From Candidatus Krumholzibacteriia bacterium (GTDB taxonomy: Bacteria; Krumholzibacteriota; Krumholzibacteriia; WVZY01; JAKEHA01): a DNA stretch of 60,142 nt. Both the position numbers and the translations under genes were made by a program. Positions within the stretch are counted from its first letter, which is position 1. Every line of letters starts with the position of its first letter. The notes under the pieces were generated by a model. That model was given only the letters and a program-made list of their open reading frames with translations, was not told the DNA's origin and did no database searches. Below, in pieces: positions 36,589 through 45,296 of this stretch. The stretch covers positions 1-60,142 of the forward strand of contig DASRYI010000344.1 in NCBI GenBank assembly GCA_035687255.1. Direction: 5' to 3'.

Positions 36589-37704
36589 ATGAACCATCGA
36601 TTCCACCCCGCCGTCCCGCTGGCCATGGCCGCGGTGCTCATGGCGAGCACCGCCCTGGCCGTGCCGGGGAATCGTCAGGAGCGAGAAGAGAAGGCGAGTG
36701 TCGCCGCCAAGGGCAAGGTGGCCCTGACCATCAAGAACGCGCGCGGGCGCGCGGTCATCGTCGGCCGCCCGGACGCCACGTCGGTGTCCATCGTCGCCGT
36801 GAAGACGGTGGTGGCGCGTGACGACGCGGACGCCAAACAGATGCTCGATCGTCTGCAGATGAACGTCTCCGAGCAGGATGACCGCGTGGTGATCGAGACC
36901 CAGGACGACAACAAGTACGAGGACTGGGGATGGAGCGTCATGTCGGTCGTGAAGGGGAACCGGCGTTCGTCGTGGATCGACTACACCATCGAGGTCCCGG
37001 TTCAGTTCCGGGTCAGTGCGTCGACCACCAGCGGCGAGGTGCGCATCTCCAATATTGAGGGCCGCGCCGACGTGATGGCGACCAGCGGCGATGTGACGCT
37101 GCGCGGAATCGGCGCCGGCGGTCAGGTCAGCATGACCAGTGGTGATCTGGAGGCGTCGGACATTCGCAGTGATTTCTCGGTCACCGCCACCAGCGGCAAT
37201 GTGAGTGTGGAAAACGTGAAGGGCAAGCTGCAGGTGGGAGGCACGAGCGGTGATTTCCACATCTCCCAGGTGGAAGGCAACGTCGTCGCCGAACTCACCA
37301 GCGGTGATTTCATTCTCGATGGATGCTCCGGTGATGTGATGTTCCGCGCCGCCAGCGGGGACGCGCGCATGACCGAAGTGGGGGGTAGCGTGGACGCGTC
37401 GTCGTCCAGCGGCGACCTCCAGGTGCAGATCTCGCCGGTGGGCGAGCGGAAATTCAATTTCAGCAGCTCGAGCGGAGACATTGACATTTCCTATCTTCCG
37501 GCCAAGAATTATGGCTTCCATCTGGACATCAGCACCAACAGTGGCTCGATCGAGGGCGACATGCCCATCAAGGTGAGCCGCGTCGACCGCCGCCGACTGC
37601 AGGGAGTGGTCGGATCGGGCGCGGCGCGTATCGAAATCGAAACGGCCAGCGGTGATATTTCGCTGGTGGAAAAGAGCGACGCAGCCATCAAACCGGCGCG
37701 TTAG
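36589..37704 (+). CDS. DUF4097-family beta-strand-repeat protein (putative envelope adhesin-like, LiaG-like)
   Basis: GGAGGG RBS. Signal MNHRFHPAVPLAMAAVLMASTALA. About 10 periodic (T/S)SGD(V/I/F) repeats every ~20 aa (TSGEVRISN, TSGDVTLRG, TSGDLEASD, TSGNVSVEN...). Confidence 0.75.
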   Translation: MNHRFHPAVPLAMAAVLMASTALAVPGNRQEREEKASVAAKGKVALTIKNARGRAVIVGRPDATSVSIVAVKTVVARDDADAKQMLDRLQMNVSEQDDRVVIETQDDNKYEDWGWSVMSVVKGNRRSSWIDYTIEVPVQFRVSASTTSGEVRISNIEGRADVMATSGDVTLRGIGAGGQVSMTSGDLEASDIRSDFSVTATSGNVSVENVKGKLQVGGTSGDFHISQVEGNVVAELTSGDFILDGCSGDVMFRAASGDARMTEVGGSVDASSSSGDLQVQISPVGERKFNFSSSSGDIDISYLPAKNYGFHLDISTNSGSIEGDMPIKVSRVDRRRLQGVVGSGAARIEIETASGDISLVEKSDAAIKPAR

Positions 37705-37710
37705 GGAATC

Positions 37711-38334
37711 ATGAACTGTGAGAATGCAAAGAATCTGATCCAGACCTACCTGGAAGGGCGCATGGCGACGCTCGAACGCAATGAGTTCGTTCATCACGTC
37801 ACCGAGTGCGCCGCCTGCGAGCGCGAGGTGATTGCGTACCGCGAAGTGTTCCAGTCGCTGCGCGACATGCCGCGTCTGGAAGCGCCGGGGCGCATTTCCG
37901 TTGCGGTGCTTGCAGAACTCCGTGCCGAGGGACTGGTGCACGAGCCGCGTTTCTCGGCATTTAAGCGGCTCAGCGATCGTTTCTTTGCGATGCCGGCCGC
38001 CGCGCGTTATCCCGCGGCCGCACTGATCGTGATTGCCCTGCTGTATGCGCCGGTGGCGCTGCTGCTCGGCAGGGCGGGGCGTTCTCTGGTTGAGATCGCC
38101 GAATCGGTGGCGGATGCGGTGGTGTGGGTGCGCGGCGTGATCGGCGGATTCCCCGGAACCGCGGCCCTGGACACCTATCTGCGTGCGGTGCGGACCATCG
38201 CGCATGCGGCGGGTGGAATGCTTTCGCCGGTTTCATGGTTGCTGGTGATCGCCGTGGTGGTTGGCGCCGTTTACTCGATGTCGCGAATTCTGCGCAGAAA
38301 GAGGCATTCCGGACATGCGCTTTTCAGTTTCTAA
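37711..38334 (+). CDS. Anti-sigma factor with zf-HC2 motif, membrane spanning
   Basis: The N-terminal HHVTECAACE contains H-x3-C-x2-C. Hydrophobic helices YPAAALIVIALLYAPVALLL and WLLVIAVVVGAVY. Confidence 0.7.
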   Translation: MNCENAKNLIQTYLEGRMATLERNEFVHHVTECAACEREVIAYREVFQSLRDMPRLEAPGRISVAVLAELRAEGLVHEPRFSAFKRLSDRFFAMPAAARYPAAALIVIALLYAPVALLLGRAGRSLVEIAESVADAVVWVRGVIGGFPGTAALDTYLRAVRTIAHAAGGMLSPVSWLLVIAVVVGAVYSMSRILRRKRHSGHALFSF

Positions 38335-39478
38335 CTCGCGAATCTGGATCACCCTGGTGTGTGTCGTGGCGTTCGTGAGCGCGGCGGATACTGCGCCGCG
38401 TGCGGGCAAGGCCACGGCCGACAGCAGCGAGATTCATGCGCCCGCGCCGCCCTCCGCGCCGGCGCCGCCCAACACCGTGCGCAAGAAGATCGTGATCGGC
38501 GGCAGCGGTGTGCAGATTCGGGAAGAGGGTGGTCGGGCCGGCGCCGACAGCGACATGGTCCACTACAACTACAAGTTCAGCGTCGGGACGGACAAGTCGG
38601 GCGAAGGCGACGCCATCGTGAAAGTGGCGGAGAGCGTGTTCATCCCCGCGGACCGTGAAGTGACGGGCGACGTGGTGGTGTTCGGCGGCAACGCAATCAT
38701 CGAAGGCAAGGTCGACGGCTCCGTGGTCGTCATGGGCGGCGAGATTCGCGCCCGCCGGGGCGCCGAGATCAAGGGTGACGTGGTGGCCATCGGAGGCGCC
38801 ATCGAGGAAGACGAAGAAGTGGTGATTCGCGGCGAGCGCGTGCAGGTGGGCGGTGTGGCCAATGAAATTGGAGACCGGCTGCACGTCGGTACCCGTACCA
38901 TTCGCACGGTGGCCAGTCTGGGCCTGCTGTTCATCGCGCTGGTCCTGTTCTTCATTACGCTGCTGTTTCTGCGAGGCAAGATCGAGACCGTCAGCAGTCA
39001 TATCACGGCGGGAATGTTCAAGTGCTTCGGCGCGGGCGTGCTCACCTCGGCGGTGGGCGTGTTTGCGCTGCTGATCGTCATGATCCCGTTGATCATCACG
39101 ATCGTGGGAATTCCCCTGGCGGTGGTGCTGTGCGTGAGCTGCATCGGTGTGTACGTGATCGCGTGTACGGCGTTCGTGTTCACGGTGGGGCGGAGTATCG
39201 CCGGGCGCATGGGTATCGAGGGCGGCGCGTTTGCGCACCTGTTCATCGGCATCATCGCGCTGTCGATTCCGGAGATCATCGCATTCGTCATCGATTCCAT
39301 CGGCCATGCGCCCATGGCCCCCTACATTCTGTTCTGGGTGGTGGGGACGTTCGTGTGGCTGTTCGCCTACGTCGTGGGGCTGGGCGCCATCGTCCTCAGC
39401 CGTTTCGGGTCGCGGCCGGTCGAGCCCGCGCCGCCCTCCCGTCCCGTGGGCGAGCCGGCGCCGGTCTCGGCATCCTGA
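38315..39478 (+). CDS. Membrane protein with bactofilin-like (polymer-forming beta-helix) repeats and a polytopic C-terminal domain
   Basis: ATG 38315 overlaps the anti-sigma 3' end. Signal present. Repeat block VTGDVVVFGGNAIIEGKVDGSVVVMGGEIRARRGAEIKGDVVAIGGAIEEDEEVVIRGERV, then ~6 TM helices. Confidence 0.55.
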   Translation: MRFSVSNSRIWITLVCVVAFVSAADTAPRAGKATADSSEIHAPAPPSAPAPPNTVRKKIVIGGSGVQIREEGGRAGADSDMVHYNYKFSVGTDKSGEGDAIVKVAESVFIPADREVTGDVVVFGGNAIIEGKVDGSVVVMGGEIRARRGAEIKGDVVAIGGAIEEDEEVVIRGERVQVGGVANEIGDRLHVGTRTIRTVASLGLLFIALVLFFITLLFLRGKIETVSSHITAGMFKCFGAGVLTSAVGVFALLIVMIPLIITIVGIPLAVVLCVSCIGVYVIACTAFVFTVGRSIAGRMGIEGGAFAHLFIGIIALSIPEIIAFVIDSIGHAPMAPYILFWVVGTFVWLFAYVVGLGAIVLSRFGSRPVEPAPPSRPVGEPAPVSAS

Positions 39479-39535
39479 CCGGTCCAGCCTTTTGAGCTTT
39501 CGCGGTTCGACGGTCGCGGCGTATTCTTTATTGGT

Positions 39536-40858
39536 ATGCCGTGGTTAAGAACCGGAGCGGCGGTAGTTTGCGCGGCCCTGGTGGCCTGCCTTTTCTCCCT
39601 CGATTCCCGGGCATCCTCAAGCCATTTCGACACCCTCGCCTACCAGTGGGCGGAGGGCCGGACCATTGACTCCGTGTTCGTTCACGGGAATACGCGCGTC
39701 AAGAGCATCGCGATTCTGCGCGAAATGGAATCGCAGCCCGGCCAGAGTCTGAACGCCCTGGCCGTGGACCGCGACCAGCGCTATCTGGGCGACCTGAGTC
39801 CGTTTGCCACCGTCGATATCCACGTCGAGCCCATCGGCGAGGACCACTGCATCCTCCACGTGGTGGTCACCGAACGCCCCAGCCTGCTTCTCAAGCTCAT
39901 CTACCCGGTGCTGGAGTACGACCTGAACAGCGAACGCATCACCTACGGACTCAAGTGGAGCGATCGCAATTTTCGCCGCCGTCTCGAGAACTTCTCGGCC
40001 GACGGGTTGCGCGACAATCGCAACAACAACTCGGCCAGCATCGGGTGGTCGTCGGGATGGGTCGGGTGGAAGCACATGGGCGTGGGGATGCGTGCGTCAT
40101 ACTTCGATCGCTCGGGCCCCACGTCGAAACCCACCATCTTCCGGCAGGAGCGCGTCGGCGGAAATCTCAACATTCCGCTCACGGAACGACGCATCGCCTT
40201 TTCGCAGGTGCTCACCGGGCTGTCGTACGCGCAGAATCATATCGGGGTGAGGTCGGACAGCACCGGCCTCGAGGAACTGATTTCGCCGGCGATCGGCTTT
40301 CGTTTCGACAGCCGCGACACGTCGCTCAAACCGCGCCGCGGTGGACTTTTCTACGTCAACCTGCTCTCCAATTTCATCCTGCATGGCCAGGGCAACGCGT
40401 ACTACCTGATCGACAACGACATGCGCTACTTCCATTCCCTCGACCGAACGACGGTGCTCGCGCTGCGCTCGACGATGACGGTGCAACTGGCGGACTACCC
40501 GGACTACATCCGCCTGGGCATCGGTGGCCCCGGAACCATCCGCGGGTACGAGCGCAGCGATTTTCGTTCCGCGCACCGCTGGGTGCAGTCCGCGGAGCTG
40601 CGCCTGCTGCCGTGGCCCAAAGTGCTCTACAAACTTCCCTTCGTGGGGCTGACCGACTTTCAGCTGGGCCTGGTCCTGTTCGTGGACACGGGGATCGGCT
40701 GGACGAAGAAGTCGGAGTTCGCCTACGACAATTTCCACAGCGGGTTCGGAATGGGGCTGCGCCTGTTTTCTCCCATCCAGGATGCGTTGCGCCTCGACGT
40801 TGGCTACTCGGGAAATGGCCGGATCCGCCCCTACTTTTCCACCGGGATGAACTTCTAG
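39536..40858 (+). CDS. Omp85/BamA-TamA-family outer-membrane protein (single POTRA + surface-antigen barrel)
   Basis: Signal present. POTRA-like IDSVFVHGNTRVKSIAILREMESQPGQSLNALAVDRDQRYLGDLSPFATVDI. Barrel motifs IRGYERSDFRSAH and GFGMGLRLFSPIQDALRLDVGY. C-terminal ...STGMNF. Confidence 0.75.
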   Translation: MPWLRTGAAVVCAALVACLFSLDSRASSSHFDTLAYQWAEGRTIDSVFVHGNTRVKSIAILREMESQPGQSLNALAVDRDQRYLGDLSPFATVDIHVEPIGEDHCILHVVVTERPSLLLKLIYPVLEYDLNSERITYGLKWSDRNFRRRLENFSADGLRDNRNNNSASIGWSSGWVGWKHMGVGMRASYFDRSGPTSKPTIFRQERVGGNLNIPLTERRIAFSQVLTGLSYAQNHIGVRSDSTGLEELISPAIGFRFDSRDTSLKPRRGGLFYVNLLSNFILHGQGNAYYLIDNDMRYFHSLDRTTVLALRSTMTVQLADYPDYIRLGIGGPGTIRGYERSDFRSAHRWVQSAELRLLPWPKVLYKLPFVGLTDFQLGLVLFVDTGIGWTKKSEFAYDNFHSGFGMGLRLFSPIQDALRLDVGYSGNGRIRPYFSTGMNF

Positions 40859-41128
40859 CGACCGGCTTCCGCGGCTGGGTGGAAACGCGTATCCCGGTTC
40901 CACGGCAGTGGGAAAGCTCCCACACTCACGCGGAAAATTCTGCAGCGGCGATGACCGCTTGAGTCGACGCTCCCCGCGTCACCCGTCATTCACCGCGCCA
41001 TATCAAACACGATTACATGCACTTACGCCGCTGTGTCGGCGGCGAGAGGCATCGCGCGCCGGGACGTCGGTGAGCGGGGAATATCCAATGCAATATATGG
41101 ACTTCGGCGGGTTTTCCGGATTTGTCGT

Positions 41129-42172
41129 ATGAAGAACGGTATATCAGAATTTGTTCGCGGGACGACCTGGTTGTTCCTCGTCGCGGTGTCCGTCGCGCTC
41201 CTGGCGGGCACCGCCTCTGCCGCTCCGCTCCACTTCAACTATGCCAACGGGATGTCCGTCACCGTGTACCCGGCCGCGGATCTTGCTGCCCGTCTGACCC
41301 CGTACCAGGGAAGCTCCGCCATCGAACTCCCGGACGGGCGCATGCTTCCTGTCATCACCAGCGTTGACGACGCCTCGATCTACAACAAGGGGGACGGAAG
41401 TTTCCACCCGTTCACCCCCGAACTCGTCGACGCGGCGCTTTCCGCGATCCAGCATCCCGACATGCATCTCGCGGTGCGCGTCTACCTGCTTCCATACCCG
41501 CGGCAGGGAGTTCTGGTGAGTTCGACATCGGGTAACGAGATGTTCCTGAGTCCGCTCGTCCTGGACATCGAGCCGGACGTGGCGGCCTACATCATCGCGC
41601 ACGAGCTGGGACACGTATTCCACAATCACTTCATGCCGGCCGACTCGCCCCGCTGGGGCGAGTACCGTCAGCTGCGCGGAATCACCGACGAGAACACATT
41701 CAACGAGAATGCGCAGCATGCCTACCGTCCGCGCGAAATCTTTGCGGAGGATTTTCGTGTGCTCTTCGGCGGCCCCGCCGCGTACTTCGGCGGTCACGTG
41801 GAAAACAGCGCGATCGCCGAACCCGAGGCGGTCGCGGGGCTGCGCGATTTCTATCTGCGTGCGGCGCAGGAACCGGCGCGAGGCGCGCGCATCGCCGCCA
41901 GCAGCTCACCCAATCCCTTCAATCCGGAAACCGAGATTCGTGTGACGGTGCCTTCGGATGCAACGGTGTCGGGCGCGCGCGTGTCGGTGCGTGTGTACGC
42001 GGTGACGGGCGCGCTGGTGCGTGATCTGTACGACGGTGTGACCAGCGGTGACCTGGCGGTACGCTGGGACGGAACCGACAATCGTGGCAACCGTGTGGCG
42101 AGTTCGACCTACTATGCGCAGATCAGGATGGGAAACGAACGCGAAACCCTGAAGCTGGTGTTGCTCAAATAG
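41129..42172 (+). CDS. Secreted putative zinc metalloprotease with FlgD-Ig-like C-terminal sorting domain
   Basis: Signal WLFLVAVSVALLAGTASA. HExxH in IIAHELGHVFHNHF. C-terminus SSPNPFNPETEIRVTV...VRVYAVTGALVRDL...WDGTDNRGNRVASSTYYAQI...LKLVLLK. Confidence 0.65.
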   Translation: MKNGISEFVRGTTWLFLVAVSVALLAGTASAAPLHFNYANGMSVTVYPAADLAARLTPYQGSSAIELPDGRMLPVITSVDDASIYNKGDGSFHPFTPELVDAALSAIQHPDMHLAVRVYLLPYPRQGVLVSSTSGNEMFLSPLVLDIEPDVAAYIIAHELGHVFHNHFMPADSPRWGEYRQLRGITDENTFNENAQHAYRPREIFAEDFRVLFGGPAAYFGGHVENSAIAEPEAVAGLRDFYLRAAQEPARGARIAASSSPNPFNPETEIRVTVPSDATVSGARVSVRVYAVTGALVRDLYDGVTSGDLAVRWDGTDNRGNRVASSTYYAQIRMGNERETLKLVLLK

Positions 42173-42229
42173 CCGAATGCGTGGCCAGGGCGAACCTCCA
42201 GGGCCACCTACCCGTGAAGGGCACGCTTC

Positions 42230-43318
42230 TCAATCTCCTCCCCGACTGAGTGAAGCGCTTCCTTTCACGGGTTTCTTTTTTTCGTTCAAGAAGGCATTCC
42301 ACAGTTGGCCGCATGCAGCGTCTATGTCGACGCCGCGGCTGCGGCGCACAGTGACGGCCGGGGCAACCGGCAGCAATCGCGTCACGAAGCGGTCGATTTG
42401 CTCCTCCGCGGGGCGGGTGAACGGATCCACGCGACCGGGGTTGTACGGAATCAGGTTCAGCTTGAAGGGCTGGCGGTGCGTGAGCTCGCCGAGCCGGTCC
42501 GCGTCTTCGTCGTCCATGTTGTGTCCGGGAATCAGCACGTACTCCAGAGTGACCCGGCGCCGGCCGGAACGCACGAAATAGCGCGCGGCATCGAGCAGCT
42601 CCGCTATGGAGAAGTGCGACGCCTTGGGCATCAGGTCGCGTCGCTTCTCGTCGGTAGGCGCATTGAGAGAGAGCGCGAGGGAACAGGATACGTCCGCGTC
42701 CGCCAGTTCGCGGATGCGGTCGGGAAAGCTCGATGTTGATACCGTGATCCGGCGGTCGCTCATGTTCAATCCCAGCGGATTGTTCATGACGCGCAGCGCA
42801 CCCACCAGCGCTTCCAGATTGAGCAGGGGTTCACCCATTCCCATGAAAACCACGTTGATCTTCTGGTCCTGGGCGCCGGCTTCGGCTTTGAGCGTGCAGA
42901 TCTGGTCGAGAATCTCACCCGCCGTCAGGTTGCGCTGGAAATTGCCCTTCGCGGTTTCGCAGAAAACACAGTCCAGCGGACAGCCCACCTGGGACGAGAC
43001 GCACAGCGTGGTACGATGGTCGTAGCGCATCAGTACCGACTCCACGCGGGCACCGTCATCGAGTTCGAAGAGAAACTTGCGGGTGCCATCCACGGCAGAC
43101 TGCTGCACGGTTGCGGAGCGTACGGATGATGCGCAGCTTTCCGATGCCAGCGTGCGGCGGAAACTCGAGGGGAGGTCCGTCATCTCCTCGAAGCGGGGCT
43201 CAAGCCGGGCGTAGATCCAGGTGGCGAGCTGACGGTAGCGGTACTCCGGCTCACCGTGGGCCAGGACGAACTGGCGCAGCTCATCCAGGGAAAGATTGCG
43301 AAGATGTGTCAGGGACAT
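42230..43318 (-). CDS. rlmN: 23S rRNA/tRNA adenine-C2 methyltransferase, radical SAM
   Basis: Start MSLTHLRNLSLDELRQFV at ATG 43318. Motifs YRYRQLATWIY, CVSSQVGCPLDCVFCET (CxxxCxxC), FMGMGEPLLN, DIDAACGQL. The listed 490-aa ORF is an upstream over-extension. Confidence 0.9.
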   Translation of the reverse strand: MSLTHLRNLSLDELRQFVLAHGEPEYRYRQLATWIYARLEPRFEEMTDLPSSFRRTLASESCASSVRSATVQQSAVDGTRKFLFELDDGARVESVLMRYDHRTTLCVSSQVGCPLDCVFCETAKGNFQRNLTAGEILDQICTLKAEAGAQDQKINVVFMGMGEPLLNLEALVGALRVMNNPLGLNMSDRRITVSTSSFPDRIRELADADVSCSLALSLNAPTDEKRRDLMPKASHFSIAELLDAARYFVRSGRRRVTLEYVLIPGHNMDDEDADRLGELTHRQPFKLNLIPYNPGRVDPFTRPAEEQIDRFVTRLLPVAPAVTVRRSRGVDIDAACGQLWNAFLNEKKKPVKGSASLSRGGD

Positions 43319-43424
43319 GCGGATCGGGTGCCGTGGAATTCGTGTGGTTAAAGTATAGACAATATGGTATCGATACAAAAACCTCGAATCTGCCTGTCCC
43401 AACGTCGATTGCGGAACTGAAACC

Positions 43425-44810
43425 ATGCCCAAGACGATCCTGATCGCCGACGACGAACCCGGGGTTCGCAGCACGCTCCAGAAGCTGCTCGAGTTCGAGG
43501 GGTATCGTGTCGTGCTCGCGGAAGACGGCGCGCGCGCACTGGACGTGGTGCGCGACCGCTCCGTCGACCTGGTCCTTCTCGACATCAAGATGCCCGGGCT
43601 CGACGGCCTCGAAGTCCTGTCGCAGATGCACCGCGACCAGCCCCAGCTGCCCGTCGTCATCATATCCGGCCACGGAAGCATACAGACCGCGGTCGAGGCC
43701 ACGCGCCTCGGCGCCTACGATTTCATCGAGAAACCCATCGACGCCGACCGCATCCTGCTGGTCATCCGCAACGGCCTGGCGCAGCAGCGGCTGTTGCGGG
43801 AAAACGTCTCTCTCAAGGATGCCGTGCGCCAGAAGACGCGCATCGTGGGAGAGGACCCCGAAATCAAGAAGATCCTGGAGACGGTCCGCAAGGTGGCGCC
43901 CGCCAACGTGCGCGTGCTCATCATGGGGGAAAACGGGACCGGCAAAGAGATGATCGCGCGGGCCCTCCACGAATCGAGTCCGCGCTCCGACGAACCCTTC
44001 GTCGAGGTGAACTGCGCTGCCATCCCCGAAGAACTCATCGAAAGCGAACTGTTCGGACACGAACGCGGTTCGTTTACGGGGGCGGTGGCCCGGCGCGTGG
44101 GCAAATTCGAAATGGCGGACGGTGGAACGCTGTTCCTCGATGAAGTGGGGGACATGAGTCTCAATGCGCAGGCCAAGGTACTCCGGGTTCTGCAGGAATC
44201 GGTGTTCGAACGGGTGGGTGGCACCGAAACCATGCGGGTGGATGTCCGCGTGGTGGCCGCCACCAACAAGGACCTGCTCAAGGCCAGCCGGGAGGGCCAG
44301 TTCCGGGAAGACCTCTTCTACCGGCTCAACGTGGTGCCCATCACGGTTCCGCCGCTGCGCGACCGCCCGTCGGACATCCCCCTCTTGATCGAGCACTTTC
44401 TACGCGAAACCGCCACCGATCTCGGGCAGGCGCCCAAGAAGCTCTCACGGGCCGCCCTTGACCGGCTCCGGGAGTACGCCTGGCCCGGCAATGTCCGGGA
44501 GCTGAAGAACCTGGTGGAACGTATGGTCATCCTCTCGGCGGGGCGCACCATCGAGGTATCCGACCTCCCTGACTTTGCGCCGGCCGAGCGGTCGGGGACC
44601 CGCTTCTTTGATATCGAGACCTACCCGGCATTCAAGGAGTCGGTTGAGAAGGAGTTCTTCGAGCGTAAGCTGCGACTTTACAACCACAACGTGAGCAAGA
44701 CCGCGCGCCGGCTGGGCATGCAGCGGAGCAACCTTTACAAGAAACTGGAGAAGTACGGGATACCGTACAAGAGTGCGCCCGAGGACGAGGGTGACGAAAC
44801 CGAAAACTGA
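43425..44810 (+). CDS. Sigma-54-dependent response regulator (NtrC/AtoC family: REC + AAA+ + Fis-type HTH)
   Basis: REC ILIADDEPGVRSTL...DLVLLDIKMPGLDGLEVL. Walker A GENGTGKE. GSFTGA loop (44067-44084). FLDEVGDM. Motif ELKNLVER. C-terminal HNVSKTARRLGMQRSNLYKKL. Confidence 0.9.
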   Translation: MPKTILIADDEPGVRSTLQKLLEFEGYRVVLAEDGARALDVVRDRSVDLVLLDIKMPGLDGLEVLSQMHRDQPQLPVVIISGHGSIQTAVEATRLGAYDFIEKPIDADRILLVIRNGLAQQRLLRENVSLKDAVRQKTRIVGEDPEIKKILETVRKVAPANVRVLIMGENGTGKEMIARALHESSPRSDEPFVEVNCAAIPEELIESELFGHERGSFTGAVARRVGKFEMADGGTLFLDEVGDMSLNAQAKVLRVLQESVFERVGGTETMRVDVRVVAATNKDLLKASREGQFREDLFYRLNVVPITVPPLRDRPSDIPLLIEHFLRETATDLGQAPKKLSRAALDRLREYAWPGNVRELKNLVERMVILSAGRTIEVSDLPDFAPAERSGTRFFDIETYPAFKESVEKEFFERKLRLYNHNVSKTARRLGMQRSNLYKKLEKYGIPYKSAPEDEGDETEN

Positions 44811-44839
44811 TTGACGATACAGGGACTTGCCACTATATT
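44811..44839 (+). promoter_or_regulatory. Candidate sigma-70-type promoter TTGACG-N17-TATATT
   Basis: It starts immediately after the stop of the response-regulator gene and lies ~60 nt upstream of ATG 44899. The E. coli-type consensus may not apply. Confidence 0.35.
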
Positions 44840-44898
44840 CAGTCAGTAAGTGTCTACATGGTGCCATTTTACTGCCGAGGAAGGAGATGGTAGTTAGT

Positions 44899-45231
44899 AT
44901 GAAACGGGCGGCGATTTTTATCCTCGCAATCGCCACACTCGTGCTGATCGTATCCCCTTCGGCCCTTCCGTTTTCTAGCAGCGCATATGCAAAGACCACG
45001 TTGGATTCTCCCTACGTGGTAACAAGCGCTGCTTCACCGACTGACATTAGCGGACCAGCGACGTCAGCGGATGGCGGCACTAGCGGCGGCGGAACTAACC
45101 AGGGCGACGCGGACGGACTCTCCGGCTTGAAAGTCAGGCCGAGCACACAGGGTTCTTCCCTTGTTCAGATGCCTGAGCGGATCGCGATCACGATGATGAT
45201 GTGGTGGAGGTTCATGGTTCTTACTCGGTAA
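44899..45231 (+). CDS. Small secreted hypothetical protein (110 aa) of atypical composition
   Basis: AAGGAG lies 12 nt upstream. Signal MKRAAIFILAIATLVLIVSPSALPFSSSAYA. Ser/Gly/Thr-rich middle. Hydrophobic tail MPERIAITMMMWWRFMVLTR. Bracketed by a promoter-like site and a hairpin. Confidence 0.35.
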   Translation: MKRAAIFILAIATLVLIVSPSALPFSSSAYAKTTLDSPYVVTSAASPTDISGPATSADGGTSGGGTNQGDADGLSGLKVRPSTQGSSLVQMPERIAITMMMWWRFMVLTR

Positions 45232-45233
45232 TG

Positions 45234-45259
45234 CGTGGGGCCGATGGGACGGCCCCACG
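45234..45259 (+). terminator. Hairpin directly after the small ORF (terminator candidate)
   Basis: Perfect 9-bp stem CGTGGGGCC/GGCCCCACG with an 8-nt loop, starting 3 nt after TAA 45231. Only a weak T-rich tail (TCTGGAATTCT). Confidence 0.4.
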
Positions 45260-45296
45260 TCTGGAATTCTGAAACCACTGGCTCGAGGGATTCTCA

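Noticed and set aside
36583-38205. 540-aa minus-strand ORF. Similar long antisense ORFs occur at 45948-47543 (531 aa), 52131-53927 (598 aa), 16390-17571 (393 aa), 10763-11926 (387 aa) and 7843-8871 (342 aa)
   Set aside because: All lie opposite genes with strong family signatures. Their translations are Arg/His/Gly-rich with no motifs. I treat them as GC-driven shadow ORFs.
43319-43702. N-terminal extensions of listed ORFs: rlmN to 43702, MFS to 21647, ZnuA-like to 27225, nonahaem to 17856, 19-haem to 9275, lipoprotein to 49139
   Set aside because: The extensions overlap neighbouring genes or promoters and lack homology-like sequence. Internal starts with RBS or signal peptides fit the families.
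45160-45231. C-terminal MPER-IAITMMMWWRFMVL-TR of the small ORF as a PEP-CTERM/exosortase sorting signal (tempting because PrsR-type sigma-54 regulators control such systems)
   Set aside because: The motif is PER rather than PEP. The hydrophobic stretch is short and interrupted by Arg, and the basic tail is only TR. No exosortase gene is in the window.
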